From Tubiluchus corallicola (Eukaryota; Animalia; Priapulida): a DNA stretch of 63,794 bases. The stretch covers positions 912,748 to 976,541 of the forward strand of contig JAQGDQ010000039.1 in NCBI GenBank assembly GCA_030141605.1. The letters run 5' to 3'. Positions 42,628-56,471 of the stretch are shown piece by piece. The translations under genes were made by a program, and so were the position numbers. Every line of letters begins with the position of its first letter. The first letter of the stretch is position 1. The notes under the pieces were generated by a model. It was not told where the DNA came from. It did no database searches and worked only from the letters and a program-made list of their open reading frames with translations.

Positions 42628-43426
42628 AGCCGGGTTTCCACTGCGCCCGCACAGACACAGACTTTTTCTGTATGACTCACACGAAAAAAATTCATACATG
42701 GGCCCGCCTTTGAATACCACTGTTTTACGTGTCTGTCGTTTCCGCACCGAAAGCCACGTATACGCCCGGATCCGCACTTGTTCAACCTTTTTTGTGCGGA
42801 CGGACAAGCTCATTTTTATAATGGAGGACAAACAGATCGTACACGCTGTGGCGATCAGACCTGCTTTGTATGACAAAAGTAATCCCAAATACAGCTACAG
42901 AGATTTTACAAGACAGCTGCGGGCCGAAGTTGCCTTTCAGCTTAATACTGAAGGTAGAATGTATGTAGTTTTGTTATTAAATTAACGTTTCAAAAAATTT
43001 AGGCTTGATTTTGCGATGCTATGGTGCATGCATTTTTTAAATTTGTAGTATATACATGCATTTATGCTCTCTATTGCCACAATATTTCGACTTTGCGCTG
43101 AAAATTGCATTGCTCTGTTGCGCTGTTACAGGGAGAAAATAATAAGCTTCAAAACACTGTTAATTTTATAATAAAAGCCACTTTTTATTTGAAGTGAATT
43201 CAACTAGACTATTTAAATTCCCTTAGAAAACACGCTGTAAAAATTGCAACATACGGACGTGCAAAATCATAATCAACTGCAACATATTAGTAATAAGGAG
43301 AAAAGCTACAGTAGATAATTTTAAGGCTTACGGAATGAGTGCGGTCCCAATGGAAACAACTTTTGCGGACGTAAAACGTGCGGACAGAAAAGTCTGTGTC
43401 TGTGCGGACGCAGTGGAAACGAGGCT
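42628..43426 (+). mobile_element. Non-autonomous PIF/Harbinger-like element retaining the first exon of a MADF (Myb/SANT-like) gene
   Basis: ~42-bp TIRs: agccgggtttccactgcgcccgcacagacacagactttt and aaaagtctgtgtctgtgcggacgcagtggaaacgaggct, flanked by TAA and TTA. 42821-42953 encodes MEDKQIVHAVAIRPALYDKSNPKYSYRDFTRQLRAEVAFQLNTE and ends at an AAG|GTAG donor. Confidence 0.8.
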
Positions 43427-44129
43427 TTATAGCTTTCCAGAGCAGATAAGAAGACTTGTAGCAACGTGTTCTGTTGTATAAGCCTAATGCAATTTTCTGA
43501 AACCAAATGTTCAATCCCAAACAATTCTAGCTAGAACATTGCGTGGGATCATCTTTTGCTCTTAGGCTCGGCCCACATGCTAAAATTTTCAAGTCTATTT
43601 CAATGTTTTTGCTTCCAGGTAGTTTGTGATTCCAGGTAGAAATGACGTTTACTCATGCGCACTGCACCTGAATAAAAACAGCTTCCTACTCAATGACGTT
43701 GAAGTCCTTTACATAAGTGCCTGTCAGCACGTGAGCACAGTCTTATAATGTTAAGTATCCTCACTGGGGAAACATGTAAATCTTCTAGAAGAGTAATTAT
43801 TTACAAACTAAACCTTTAAGCTAACTTGGAGTAACGGGACAGCAGATGTCCATCAGAAATCTCAAAAGGAAGGAAATGAAAGAACTGACATTTATGCTAA
43901 GCTGCATCGTCTTCGTTGCTCCCATTATTCCCTACGCAGTTAGCAAAGTTTATTACTTGCAAATCGTACTAGCTGGCGTGCATGCAGAGTTTCCATCAAA
44001 ACTCAAACTTTTTCAGCGATGTGATCTGTAGGGAAAACACGCAAGATTCATCACTACCAGTAACCCTTCTCCATAAGAACAATTACCTAACGCTTGTGGT
44101 CTGATTTTCGTGGATATAAACAAATATAA

Positions 44130-44314
<185 letters not shown>

Positions 44315-44320
44315 GCAAAG

Positions 44321-45899
44321 GCCCCGCAAAAGATTTTGCGTATAAACACACGTATAATCAATAATACGCGAACATCCTACCTAGTCCTCATTTATAACAC
44401 AAAGCTCGTAACATCCTGTCTACTTACCTAACGCAAAGCAGCTTTTATTGAATTAAAGCTATAAGCAGAGTACAATGGATGACGTCACAACAATGGCTTT
44501 GCGTCAGCAGTTTTCTAAGCGAAAATTGCCGAAAATAGAACATCTAATTAACTCGTCGGTACTCCTCTCGGTGGACCTGCCCTAACATATAGCCCACATC
44601 ATCGTGTAGCCCTGTTCTTCCTCTTTGTAAAGAGCTATATATCTCCTTCCGAGAGTCCCACCGGGCGACGCTAGAACGTTTTTTCCGCAGGCTGTTTGGT
44701 CAAAATTTCGAAAAAATCGCGAGTTGGGTCCGGGAAAACGCCCGTTGCGGGACCCCGTGGCCCTCTCGCGAATTCTAAATATGCCTACTACACCCACCGC
44801 TGAACGGGCTATCTATCCATACCCAGCACCACCCTCGGCCCGTTCCCGTTCTCTACATCTCAGCCGTATAACTTTTGCAAAAAACGGCCGAAAAATGGCC
44901 ATTTTTGGAGGTTTTTCGCCCCCCGTTCCTCCCGGTGGGCCCGATTCGAAAAATAAACCATCAATGGCACGACACTAGATCGAGACCTTTCGTTTGATAT
45001 ATAGATCGCCGCAAATGGTGCCCTCGTCGGAGCTGTAGCCTCGAATCTTATATATATATAAATAAATATATATATATATACCAAGAATATTAATATAAGA
45101 GCCCGCAAAAGATTTTGCGTAAAAAACCACGTATAATCAATAACACGCGAACATTCTACCTAGTCCTCATTTATTACACAAAGCCCGTAACATCCTGCCT
45201 ACTGTATGTTTACTTACCTAACGCAAAGCAGCAGCTTTTACTGAATTAAAGCTATAAGATTATAGACAGAATACAATGGATGACGTCACAACAATGCCTT
45301 TGCGTCAGCAATTTTCTAAGCGAAAATTGCCGAAAATAGAACTCCTAACTAACTCGTTGATACTCCTCTCGGTGGACCTGCCCTAAAATAGTGCCCACAT
45401 CATCGTGTAGCCCTGTCCTTCCTCTTTGTAAAGAGCTATATATCTCCTTCCGAGAGTCCCACCGGGCGACGCTAGAACGTTTTTCCCGCATGCTGTTTGG
45501 TCAAAATTTCGAAAAAATCGCGAGTTGGGTCCGGGAAAACGCCCGTTGCGGGGCGCCCTGGCCCTCTCGGGAATTCTAAATATGCCTACTACACCCACCG
45601 CTGAACGGGCTATCTATCCATACCCAGCACCACCCTCGGCCCGTTCCCGTTCTCTACATCTCAGCCGTATAACTTTTGCAAAAAACGGCCGAAAAATGGC
45701 CATTTTTGGAGGTTTTTCGCCCCCCGTTCCTCCCGGTGGGCCCGATTCGAAAAATAAACCATCAATGGCACGACACTAGATCGAGACCTTTCGTTTGATA
45801 TATAGATCGCCGCAAATGGTGCCCTCGTCGGAGCTGTAGCCTCGAATCTTATATATATATAAATAAATATATATATATACCAAGAATATTAATATAAGA
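44321..45899 (-). mobile_element. Head-to-tail dimer of a ~790-bp Helitron/Helentron-like non-autonomous element
   Basis: Units 44321-45100 and 45101-45899 abut with no spacer. On the minus strand each begins TCTTATATTAATATT and ends with the hairpin CGCAAAATCTTTTGCG. No TIRs or TSD seen. Confidence 0.65.
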
Positions 45900-46099
45900 G
45901 ACTAGAAAAAAGTCAAACCAAAAAAAAAAACAAAAAAAACATAAATAATAAATCAGTGAAAGAAGCAAATTATGTATAATAAACTCAACAAAATATAATG
46001 AAGCAAAGATATGCAATCGTGTAAGAATGTTAAAATCTAAGATATCAAATCTAAATTTATAGGATTATCAGCTCGAATTTTAGTGAAACAAAGGCTAAA

Positions 46100-46700
46100 G
46101 TTCTATAATTATGAAAGATTCGAGAAAGCTTGTGTTGATAAATCATCATCACATGTTAATGCACAGTCTACAATATTCGCTGCACAGTTGCAAAGAATGA
46201 ATACTCAAAATAAGGACAATATCAAAGCACTGAATTCTATATTCATTCCTATTTGCTTCCTCGGCTCTTTGGGAAACTCCATATAACGATTAAAATGAAA
46301 ATTTTTAAAAAATCATGTAATGTAATACGTGTTATGTTAATTTTGTAATGTCAAATGTATAAATAGTGTAAATGTAATGAGTGAAAGTTATGTAATGTAA
46401 AGCATGTTTCTGTTAATTGTGACATGTCAAATGTATATATAGTGTAAAATATGACGTGTAAAATTTAATGTACTTTTGTAATATTGTTTTGTAAAAATAT
46501 TTTAAATTGGTGTTTGTAAATATGTTCATTTATTGTATATAATTAGACCTTAGTTTTGCACTTTAGTTTTTTTTATTATGCACTGGACGCATTTGTCTTG
46601 AACAGTGTTGTTATCTTAAGATTACGCTGAGGATTACTCAGTTTTATTATAATGAGTGAACCATTTTAATGACAAATAAAGAATTAATATAATATAATAT
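46100..46700 (+). mobile_element. Decayed LINE 3' end / 3' UTR
   Basis: Contains gcactggacgcatttg, also present in reverse at 52232-52248 and 59188-59204. Ends in AATAAA followed by (ATATA) repeats. Confidence 0.45.
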
Positions 46701-47280
46701 AAACTGTAGTATTTGTTTGAACATGTAAAGTCTACAATGACACATAATCACGGTCATCATTACCCATCATTTACTCTCCTATTTACCGAAGTAACTAGAG
46801 CTGTGCCTGTTTGATCATTTGAGAATGAATGCTCATTTTCTTCAATTAGTAGACACGACGGATTTAGTAACTAATTAGCATTTCGCTGTACATTAAGGTA
46901 ATATGTTCAATTATGTGCAAATGCAGCATCCCTTTTTTCTTCCATTAGTGATCCGTTAGGCTGGATGAAACGTGAAAATGTAGTTCGGCATCCTTTGAGT
47001 GTTTCAAGGCGCGTTAATTGAAACTGATTAAAGTGAAATGATTACTTTAGCGTGCAGTGATTTTAATTAGCATGGAGAGTTGGGGATGGTAGCTATACAT
47101 TCCTTTTTGCATGCCATAATCACCATTGTCCTTCAGTTTACTACCCTCTTGGGTGGGCCTCTTGGTGAGCTTCTGTCTCCAACATTTACACGAAAAAGAG
47201 AATAGAATTTCCGCCCATTTTCACGTTGCAACAGAGAAGCAGTAGAAGACAGGGGTTCGATTTATCAATAGGATCGGAAG

Positions 47281-48373
<1,093 letters not shown>

Positions 48374-48463
48374 TCGATGACGATTCTGCTGCCAACCCTG
48401 CATGCATGTAATCCCTCCTTACCTATTCCTGTTACCCCCATGGTTCTCTAATTGTCATAGACC

Positions 48464-49002
<539 letters not shown>

Positions 49003-49437
49003 ACATTCCCAACTGACATTGATAACAATGTTTTAAAATGAACTAATCCCGCTTAGTTAGTGACAAAGTAACTTGAGGGTTAGTCGTTGCAGTGGCTCTG
49101 TTGATCATAGGTCGCCACGGAAAAAGACGTCGCCTATTGCAAAACACGGTTTCTTTTCTGCGTACGGCATAAATGGTGCAGAAATTTATTGAGCTGCGTT
49201 AGATTAGCGATATTATGAAACCGATTTGGATCAATAAGACTATTCGTCTTCGACAAAAAAGAGTAAATTATCCCACTTTCAGTGCTATTGGAGATGCTCG
49301 TATATTGGGGAAAATTCTTCATTTTGTGCAAAGTAGACAATCACGGTTGCTGCTTATTGACTGTCACGGTTACAACTGGGTATTTTTGTTTAAGTGGGTC
49401 TCCTAATAGCGGGGCAAATACACAGCTTTTGCTACTA

Positions 49438-49987
49438 ATCCTAGTCATACCACAATCCTAGTACATCCTAGTCATACCACAATCCTAGTACATCCTAGTC
49501 ATACCACAATCCTAGTACATCCTAGTCATACCGCAATCCTAGTACATCCTAGTCATACCGCAATCCTAGTACATCCTAGTCATACCGCAATCCTAGTACA
49601 TCCTAGTCAAACCACAATCCTAGTACATCCTAGTCATACCACAATCCTAGTACATCCTAGTCATACCGCAATCCTAGTACATCCTAGTCATACTGCAATC
49701 CTAGTACATCCTAGTCATACCGCAATCCTAGTACATCCTAGTCATACCCAATCCTAGTACATCCTAGTCATACGCAATCCTAGTACATCCTAGTCAACCC
49801 AATCCTAGTACATCCTAGTCACACACCTATAATCTAGTATAAAATCTAGTACATCCTAGTCATACCACAATCCTAGTACATCCTAGTCATACCACAATCC
49901 TAGTACATCCTAGTCATACCACAGTCCTAGTACATCCTAGTCATACCACAATCCTAGTACATCCTAGTCAAACCACAATCCTAGTAC
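49438..49987. repeat. 27-bp minisatellite (ATCCTAGTCATACCACAATCCTAGTAC), ~20 copies
   Basis: Tandem units, each with two ATCCTAGT cores; a few degenerate units around 49740-49850. Confidence 0.95.
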
Positions 49988-50324
49988 AGATTATGCAAAG
50001 CAAGACATCATTGATAAATCTTTAGAGCTGATATCAACATAGCACAATCTATTATCTTTCTTCCTACCATTTCCAGTAACACATCCTTCTACCCTTCCTG
50101 TGTGATCTAACCTTTCTCCCAGTTCTTTTTTTTGTTCACTCATCCATTTTTTATCAGGTTCACATGACAGTGATTTGATACAAGCCTTTGCTTCTCTAAC
50201 CCACTGCAGTACAATTATTCTTTTATGATAACGATAGTGTATGAAACATAATAATTTAATACAGTATGACGTAATAATTTTGATGTCACTGTTTGCTTAA
50301 TGTCATTATATTGTACTGAATGTG

Positions 50325-50358
<34 letters not shown>

Positions 50359-50360
50359 TG

Positions 50361-50436
<76 letters not shown>
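50325..50436. repeat. (AAT)n microsatellite
   Basis: Directly visible. Confidence 0.97.
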
Positions 50437-50437
<1 letters not shown>

Positions 50438-52100
50438 CTAATTGGTTTAAAACAGTTCATTTTTCTTTTAATTTTAAGTCTTGAAAAATTTGAAAGTTTC
50501 GTATAACAAATGTATGTGATTTAGCCAACCACATGGTTTCTCTGCTAGTGGTATGTGTGTGAATGTTGACGTACCATATTTTGACATTTTATTACACAAA
50601 GCTGTGAATGTTGACGTACCATGTTTTGACATTTTATTACACAAACCTGCCTATTATCGTAGAACTAGACTCTTAATTTCTTGCAAAGCTCTTGTAAATG
50701 GTATTTTAAATAGTGACTGTTTGTTTTATTTTAAACTATATAACAAAATGGTTAAATCTACTAACTACTACTAAAACTAATCTACTAAAAGTACTACTAA
50801 ATTTTTTTGTAAAGAGTAATTGTGCCATTGTAGTTATTGCATTGTGTATCAACTATTATTGTACGTATGTTCATGTGTTAATAATATAAAATAAAATTAG
50901 TAACTTTAGTAGTTTCTTCCCCTTTTTTCCTTTTTTAACCTGATCATGGTTAAAACATCGTACTTTCTCTTTGCTTTAACTGTGAGCTTCCAATAATTTT
51001 CTTTCAATAAGTTATAAATTTTCTTATCCTGTTTCCTTTTGCAAGGGTAGCTGGGTAGGGAAGATGTGCATTAAGTATTTTTTCAAAAGAGTGGGTTGGG
51101 CCAGGTCACTTGTGTTGTGTTTTGTTTCTCTCGGAAAGCTCGTAGAGAAAACCAGAACACACTTCGTCTAATTAAACTAGTTTATTAAGCGAGAATTCTA
51201 CAACACAAAAGTATGAAGGAACGCGTAATATTTACAGTAAACGTGAAAATCTGGAAAACGTTTGAGTGTATCTGCTAATGCAAGTATACAAGAGAATGTG
51301 TAAGTGGCGTCCGTGTGAATCTGTGTGTCCCCCTCAGCGGCCTGCTTCGCCTTATATAGCGTGCCAGAGAAGCTTCCAGAAGTTTCTTTCCAGAACATTC
51401 TACAAGGTAAGACGATTATTATAACGGAACATTCTACAATGTTCCATGTAATTCTAATAGATGCCAGCGATCTCCATAACACATTGTATATCAACTGTTA
51501 TCGTATTGTATAGTAACGTTTGTTATATGAGCAATGCTTGCAACATAAGCTTTACTTCTACTTTTACTTTATTTGAAATCCGTATTAAAACGTAATCAGA
51601 ACTAGAATTATGACTTCTTAAAGACCTATAGAAGCCAAACATACGTCGAAGATTTCTCTCTGCTTGCCCTTTAGTCTAAGGTTGTACTTATTTAGAATTG
51701 CCTATAAAACTTGGCTTCGTTATATGCATTTAGTTGGTCAGCCAATCAGAATTGAGCACGTTTTTTTACTCTACTCATTGGAAGCGAAGAAATCGCCACG
51801 TCTTTGACGTTTTCTGTAATATTGTAATATTGTAATGTAATTTTGTGAATTTAAAATGAAAATAATTTAAAATAAGCACTTCAACACACCTTGATTTACG
51901 AAATTTTCTTCCACTTAAGGTGTTTTTGAATCTAGCAAGGTATTGGTATGAAAATTTTCGTATTTTGCGTGAATTTGTGCCAGGGGTGAAAGTTAGAGAT
52001 TTGGCTGCTGTGATGCGCATTTTTTATTAATATTTCACTTTAAAATATTATAAATTCTATACTTTGTGCGTGCATGTGTTATTTACACAAGCCAAACTAG

Positions 52101-52102
<2 letters not shown>

Positions 52103-52131
<29 letters not shown>

Positions 52132-52625
52132 CTAATCTTCATTTGCCATTAAAATACATTGATAAACACTGATAAAAACTTTACAGAGATGATCAATCAG
52201 TGTTAGTTAATAAAACCTTACACTGCTAAAGGCAAATGCGTCAGTGCAATCTAAACTACTGTGCAGTAATGGAAAGTAACGACGAATAAAATCAAACATA
52301 TTTACAACTATGCACAAAAAACGAAAAAAATTATGATTTAATTAATATGGCCGTGGATATATGAATTCTGAATTAGTGTGTATGTTGTCGTAGTGGTGTG
52401 ATGGTATTTCATATCTGGTTAATATTAGTGATTTTAATTTTGTTTTAAATGCTGATAGGAACTTGATTTGTTTAACCTGTAATGGTAGAGAATTCCAAAG
52501 TAGAATTGCTTGTTTGATTACAGAGTTCGCTCCATAGTGGGTATTTGTAGTAATTTGTTTTAGATTGCTTGTTCTGGAATTAACGATAGGATTTGGAAAA
52601 AAGGTAAATCTGTAATTCTGTTATT
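52103..52625 (-). mobile_element. LINE 3' fragment with (TA)n tail
   Basis: The minus strand encodes IKQAILLWNSLPLQVKQIKFLSAFKTK, a typical LINE ORF2 C-terminus. The 3' UTR and (TA)n tail are paralleled at 59059-59225. Confidence 0.65.
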
Positions 52626-52638
52626 AATTAATGCCGGA

Positions 52639-52847
52639 GCTAAATACTAAAACAGCATTACCATTTTTGCTTTTTTCTTGCACGAAAACCGCAGAAAGTG
52701 ATCGTAATTTATCAAGTTTGATAATTTTGCGCAAGATTCTTTGCGCTAAATACTAAAACAGCATTACCATTTTTGCTTTTTTCTTGCACGAAAACCGCAG
52801 AAAGTGACCGTAATTTATCAAGTTTGGCAATTTTGCGCAAGATTCTT
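52639..52847. repeat. 106-bp tandem duplication
   Basis: gctaaatactaaaacagcattacc... starts at 52639 and again at 52745. Confidence 0.9.
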
Positions 52848-53469
52848 TTGTGGCAACGGCACGTCAGTGCAGAAAGTCGAACAATCTTGACGACATTCAG
52901 AACTGCATTTTGCGTCTACAATTCGTTATTTGCAAAGCGTCGGCTCGAACTTCCCGAAAGAGGCAAACGGTTTGACAGGAGGAGAATTTTTGCTGTTTTT
53001 CTTGCCCATTTTATCGGATAAATCGTCTCTAATCCCCTCTTCTCTGTGTACTGCCTGTCAGCTGCCAAATTGATTTTCGTGCAAAATCGGATCTATGACG
53101 TGGAAGAGAAAAAGTTGAAGTTTAGAGGCCCATGGATGTAAATTAGATATTCTCTCGTTAGTCTCAAATTTGCAAAACTTTGCAGCATAATGAGTTGGGT
53201 ACAAATAGCATTACTTTGTTATGATCACTGTGGCGCCATCTGTAATGCGATTTGTTTTCTTAATGACAGAGATGTTAACTCGAAATGCATAAATTGCGCG
53301 GAAAATTGGGTATGTAAATTAAGTGAAATGCAGACTACTTAGATTGACATTGTCAACTTGCGCCCCCTGGACAAATTCACACGAACTACGCAGACACTCA
53401 CAGAAAGTTTTCAAAGGAATAGTTTGTTGGAACCAAAAACGCCTAAAAAAGACAGGATGATTTTTCATA

Positions 53470-53667
53470 TCTAACCGATTTTCAAATCCGATAAAAAGTA
53501 TACATTATAATACAATTAATACTGTAAAAACGTTTCTGATAATTAAATAATAAATTAAGAACTTAATGAACGGCGAGCGAGCCCAACTATTGATGACGTC
53601 ACAAACTAACATAATTTTGCACACAGGTGTTACGAGCAATGCTGTAAAGAACTTGCAAATTTAAAGT

Positions 53668-53705
<38 letters not shown>

Positions 53706-53965
53706 AAGAAAGAGAGGGAGAGAGAGAGTGAGAAAGAGAGAGAGAAGGAAAGAAAGAGAGGGAGAGAGAGTGAGAGAGAGAGAGAGAGAAAGAAAGAAAG
53801 AGAGGAGAGTGAGAGACAAAGAAAGAAAGAGAAAGAAAGAAAGAGAGGGAGAGAGAGAGTGAGAAAGAGAGAGAGAAGGAAAGAAAGAGAGAGAGAAAAA
53901 GAGAGGAGAGTGAGAGACAAAGAAAGAAAGAGAGCGAGAGAAAGAGAGAGGGAGAGGGAGAGAGC

Positions 53966-54042
<77 letters not shown>

Positions 54043-54482
54043 TGTGACAAACATTTTTCATACACTACCCCATTTTTAAGTCTGATAAAAGTATACATTT
54101 TAACGTAATTAATGATGCAAAAGCGTTTCTGATACTTAATTAGTCGACTAAAATCTTAATGAACATTAGGCGAGCCCGACTATTGATGACGTCACAAACT
54201 AACATAATACTCAACAGCAAAAATATTCCACGAGCGTGTTGCACGTGTTTGCGAAAGCGAAAATTGAAGTACAGTACTACTGTAAGATATTCAGTGTGTT
54301 GTACGAAAACTAGGCAAGTTATGAGATAAAAATTTAAATTTCAAATTTACCGCTGTGCTCGCGCATGAGCTGTCGAACGTGTGTAGTTCGTCACAAGATA
54401 ACACACCTGAGCTGAGAGGTACAGCACCTGGTTTTTGTGCCACGCATTTTCGAAATGCAACCGGCAGTGCCCGTCTAACTAG
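53470..54482 (+). mobile_element. (AG)n-containing Helitron-like element, copy 2
   Basis: Same layout as 47281-48373. Has an internal ~135-bp direct repeat (53475-53613 vs 54070-54208). Ends gcattttcgaaatgc...gtgcccgtctaaCTAG. Confidence 0.65.
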
Positions 54483-54836
54483 CGAATGGCGAAGTGCATG
54501 TAACAGTGAAGAATTAGTGACGCGAACGTGAATTTTTTTTGTGTGGTAATAATTCTTTCACGTAAATCATTTTTGAAAACGTAGTAAGTTTTCTTTCAAT
54601 ATTTTAAAGAGTAGATTGCATTGACCTGCAGTTTAAGATTGAGTTCAGTTTTGCTTTGAAGCATAAGTAAACACTCTTCATAACAAAATCTAATCACTGA
54701 CATGGTGTCTCATTGCATACAGAGCATGCGGTAGCAGCAACACTGCGTAAATCTCGAAAATTTAAACTCTCGTGATGACCGTTAGGCGCAGCCAATTTAA
54801 CCGTAAATGGTTTGAAACAGGTTTCGATAACATTAG

Positions 54837-55314
54837 GTAAAGTTTAGAAAATTACTTTGTATTGTCAATAAGATCAACAATGTGTTTTTGGTGAACCAGT
54901 GGTGCACACTGGGATGCCACACGGCGTTGTTCTACCAGGTGTCGTGAATTATTAAGATTTTCTTTCCTAATTACACAAGTGTTTCAAACAGATAAGACTA
55001 TTGCTAAATAACACAACTTTGTGTGTAAAGTTTCAAAAATTACTTTGTATTGTCTATAAGATGGACATTGTGTTTCTTGGTGAGCCACTAGTGCACAATG
55101 GGATGGCAATTCAGTGCCGTCATAGCTTAAAGTTAAAGAAAAAATAATCAGAAAATTCGTAACACTCTCTTCACAAACTAAGCAAAAGTATTAATTACGT
55201 TATATTGTCAATAAGATTCATAAAGCGTGAATCAGTGATGCATACTGGGATCGTGAACTTTAAATTATTAAGAATTTTCTTTTCCAGTTACATAAGTCTT
55301 TCAAATAGGTAAGC
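54837..55314. repeat. Three diverged ~170-190-bp tandem units upstream of the 5S-like element
   Basis: The motif aattactttgtattgtcaataagat...gtgcacactgggat recurs near 54850, 55037 and 55193. Confidence 0.7.
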
Positions 55315-55346
55315 TAATGCTAACTATTATAACTATATTCACATCT

Positions 55347-55465
55347 AACAACGGCCAAATCACGTTGAAAACACCGGTTCTCGTCTGATCACCGAAGTTA
55401 AGCAACGTAGAGCCTGGTTAGTGCTTGGATGGGTGACCGCCTAGGAATACCAGGTGCTGTAGGGA
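55347..55465 (+). rRNA. Full-length 5S rRNA-like sequence (head of the SINE; no oligo-T terminator), copy 1
   Basis: aacaacggccaaatcacgttgaaaacaccggttctcgtctgatcaccgaagttaagcaacgtagagcctggttagtgcttggatgggtgaccgcctaggaataccaggtgctgtagg. A box, intermediate element and C box are recognisable. Confidence 0.85.
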
Positions 55466-55833
55466 TGCCCATCCTGTATCTCAACACTAGGCGGAGGAGC
55501 TGCACAAGCAGCCAACGGCTAGAGGGCGGAGGAGGTCAAGTGACCCAACGGCCATGTGTAGAGGAGTAAGCCTTCCAAATCAGGAGTGGAGCCCCGAAGG
55601 CGGACCAGTGCAGCATGCTCACTGACTCTGGCAGCTCCTGCAGCCAACCTGGTGCCAAACGTATCGCTCCGCTTTCTTTTGGACTACACCAGGGAGGAAG
55701 AGAGGGGGTCCTGTTGTCTTGGCAGCTCAGGATCTCCATACACCTTGCCCAGGCGTGCACCCTGGAGACGTCCAAGGATCTTGGCGCACATTCCATTGTC
55801 TTCCGAGACAGAAGGATGCCAACAACAACAAGA
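55347..55833 (+). mobile_element. 5S rRNA-derived SINE (SINE3) with RTE-like body and (AAC)n tail, copy 1
   Basis: The 5S head runs directly into a ~355-bp GC-rich body ending ccattgtcttccgagacagaaggatgcc(aac)n. ACATCT occurs on both sides (55341-55346 and 55834-55839). Confidence 0.8.
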
Positions 55834-56069
55834 ACATCTCACTAACTCATTCTCTATGAATCAAATCAATTTAGCTGTGTCGGACAGAATGTATTCAATA
55901 AAATCAAGAAGCCATTTGTATCTGGCTTCTTCCGTACATCTTAAGTCAATCAAATTAATAGGGCTTCAACACGAACTATCTACAATTGCCTGTATTGTCT
56001 CACGTAGCGCGTCTGTAATTAGATGTTGCAATAACTCGTGCGGTACGAGGTCTCGCGAGAAAACGAAAT

Positions 56070-56318
56070 GGCAACGCGCATGCGTTTAACGCGTTTCGGT
56101 TTGGAGAAAGGAAATCTACAGGCTGTTCCAAATGAACGACACTTACTGGACTGGTGTGGTGCACTATTGACATGCTCGTAGCATTTGTTAGTAAGGCAAC
56201 GCGCATGCGTTTAACGCGTTTCGTTTTGGAGAAGGAAATCTACAGGCTGTTCCAAATGAACGACACTTACTGGACTGGTGTGGTGCACTATTGACATGCT
56301 CGTAGCATTTGTTAGTAA
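56070..56318. repeat. 125-bp tandem duplication
   Basis: ggcaacgcgcatgcgtttaacgcg... starts at 56070 and again at 56195; mirrored at ~60095-60345. Confidence 0.9.
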
Positions 56319-56471
56319 ATGCTACTGAGTTACTACCACACAAGTCCAGTAAGTAAGAAAGTTATACTTCCAGAACTTCCACCAGTGTAATCTTTTACTA
56401 TATGACTTGAAACCAGGAACATTTCTTTGAGACTAGGTCAGCGTTTTTCACCCTATGGGCATATTTCTATT

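Noticed and set aside
49438-49987. CRISPR array or telomeric repeat
   Set aside because: No unique spacers. The core is CCTAG, not a TTAGG/TTAGGG array.
55464-55560. HDV-like ribozyme (known from some RTE 5' ends)
   Set aside because: A GCTGC-ACAA-GCAGC hairpin followed by CAAC resembles P4/J4-2, but I could not build P1/P2/P3 pairings conserved across the three copies. A motif search would be needed.
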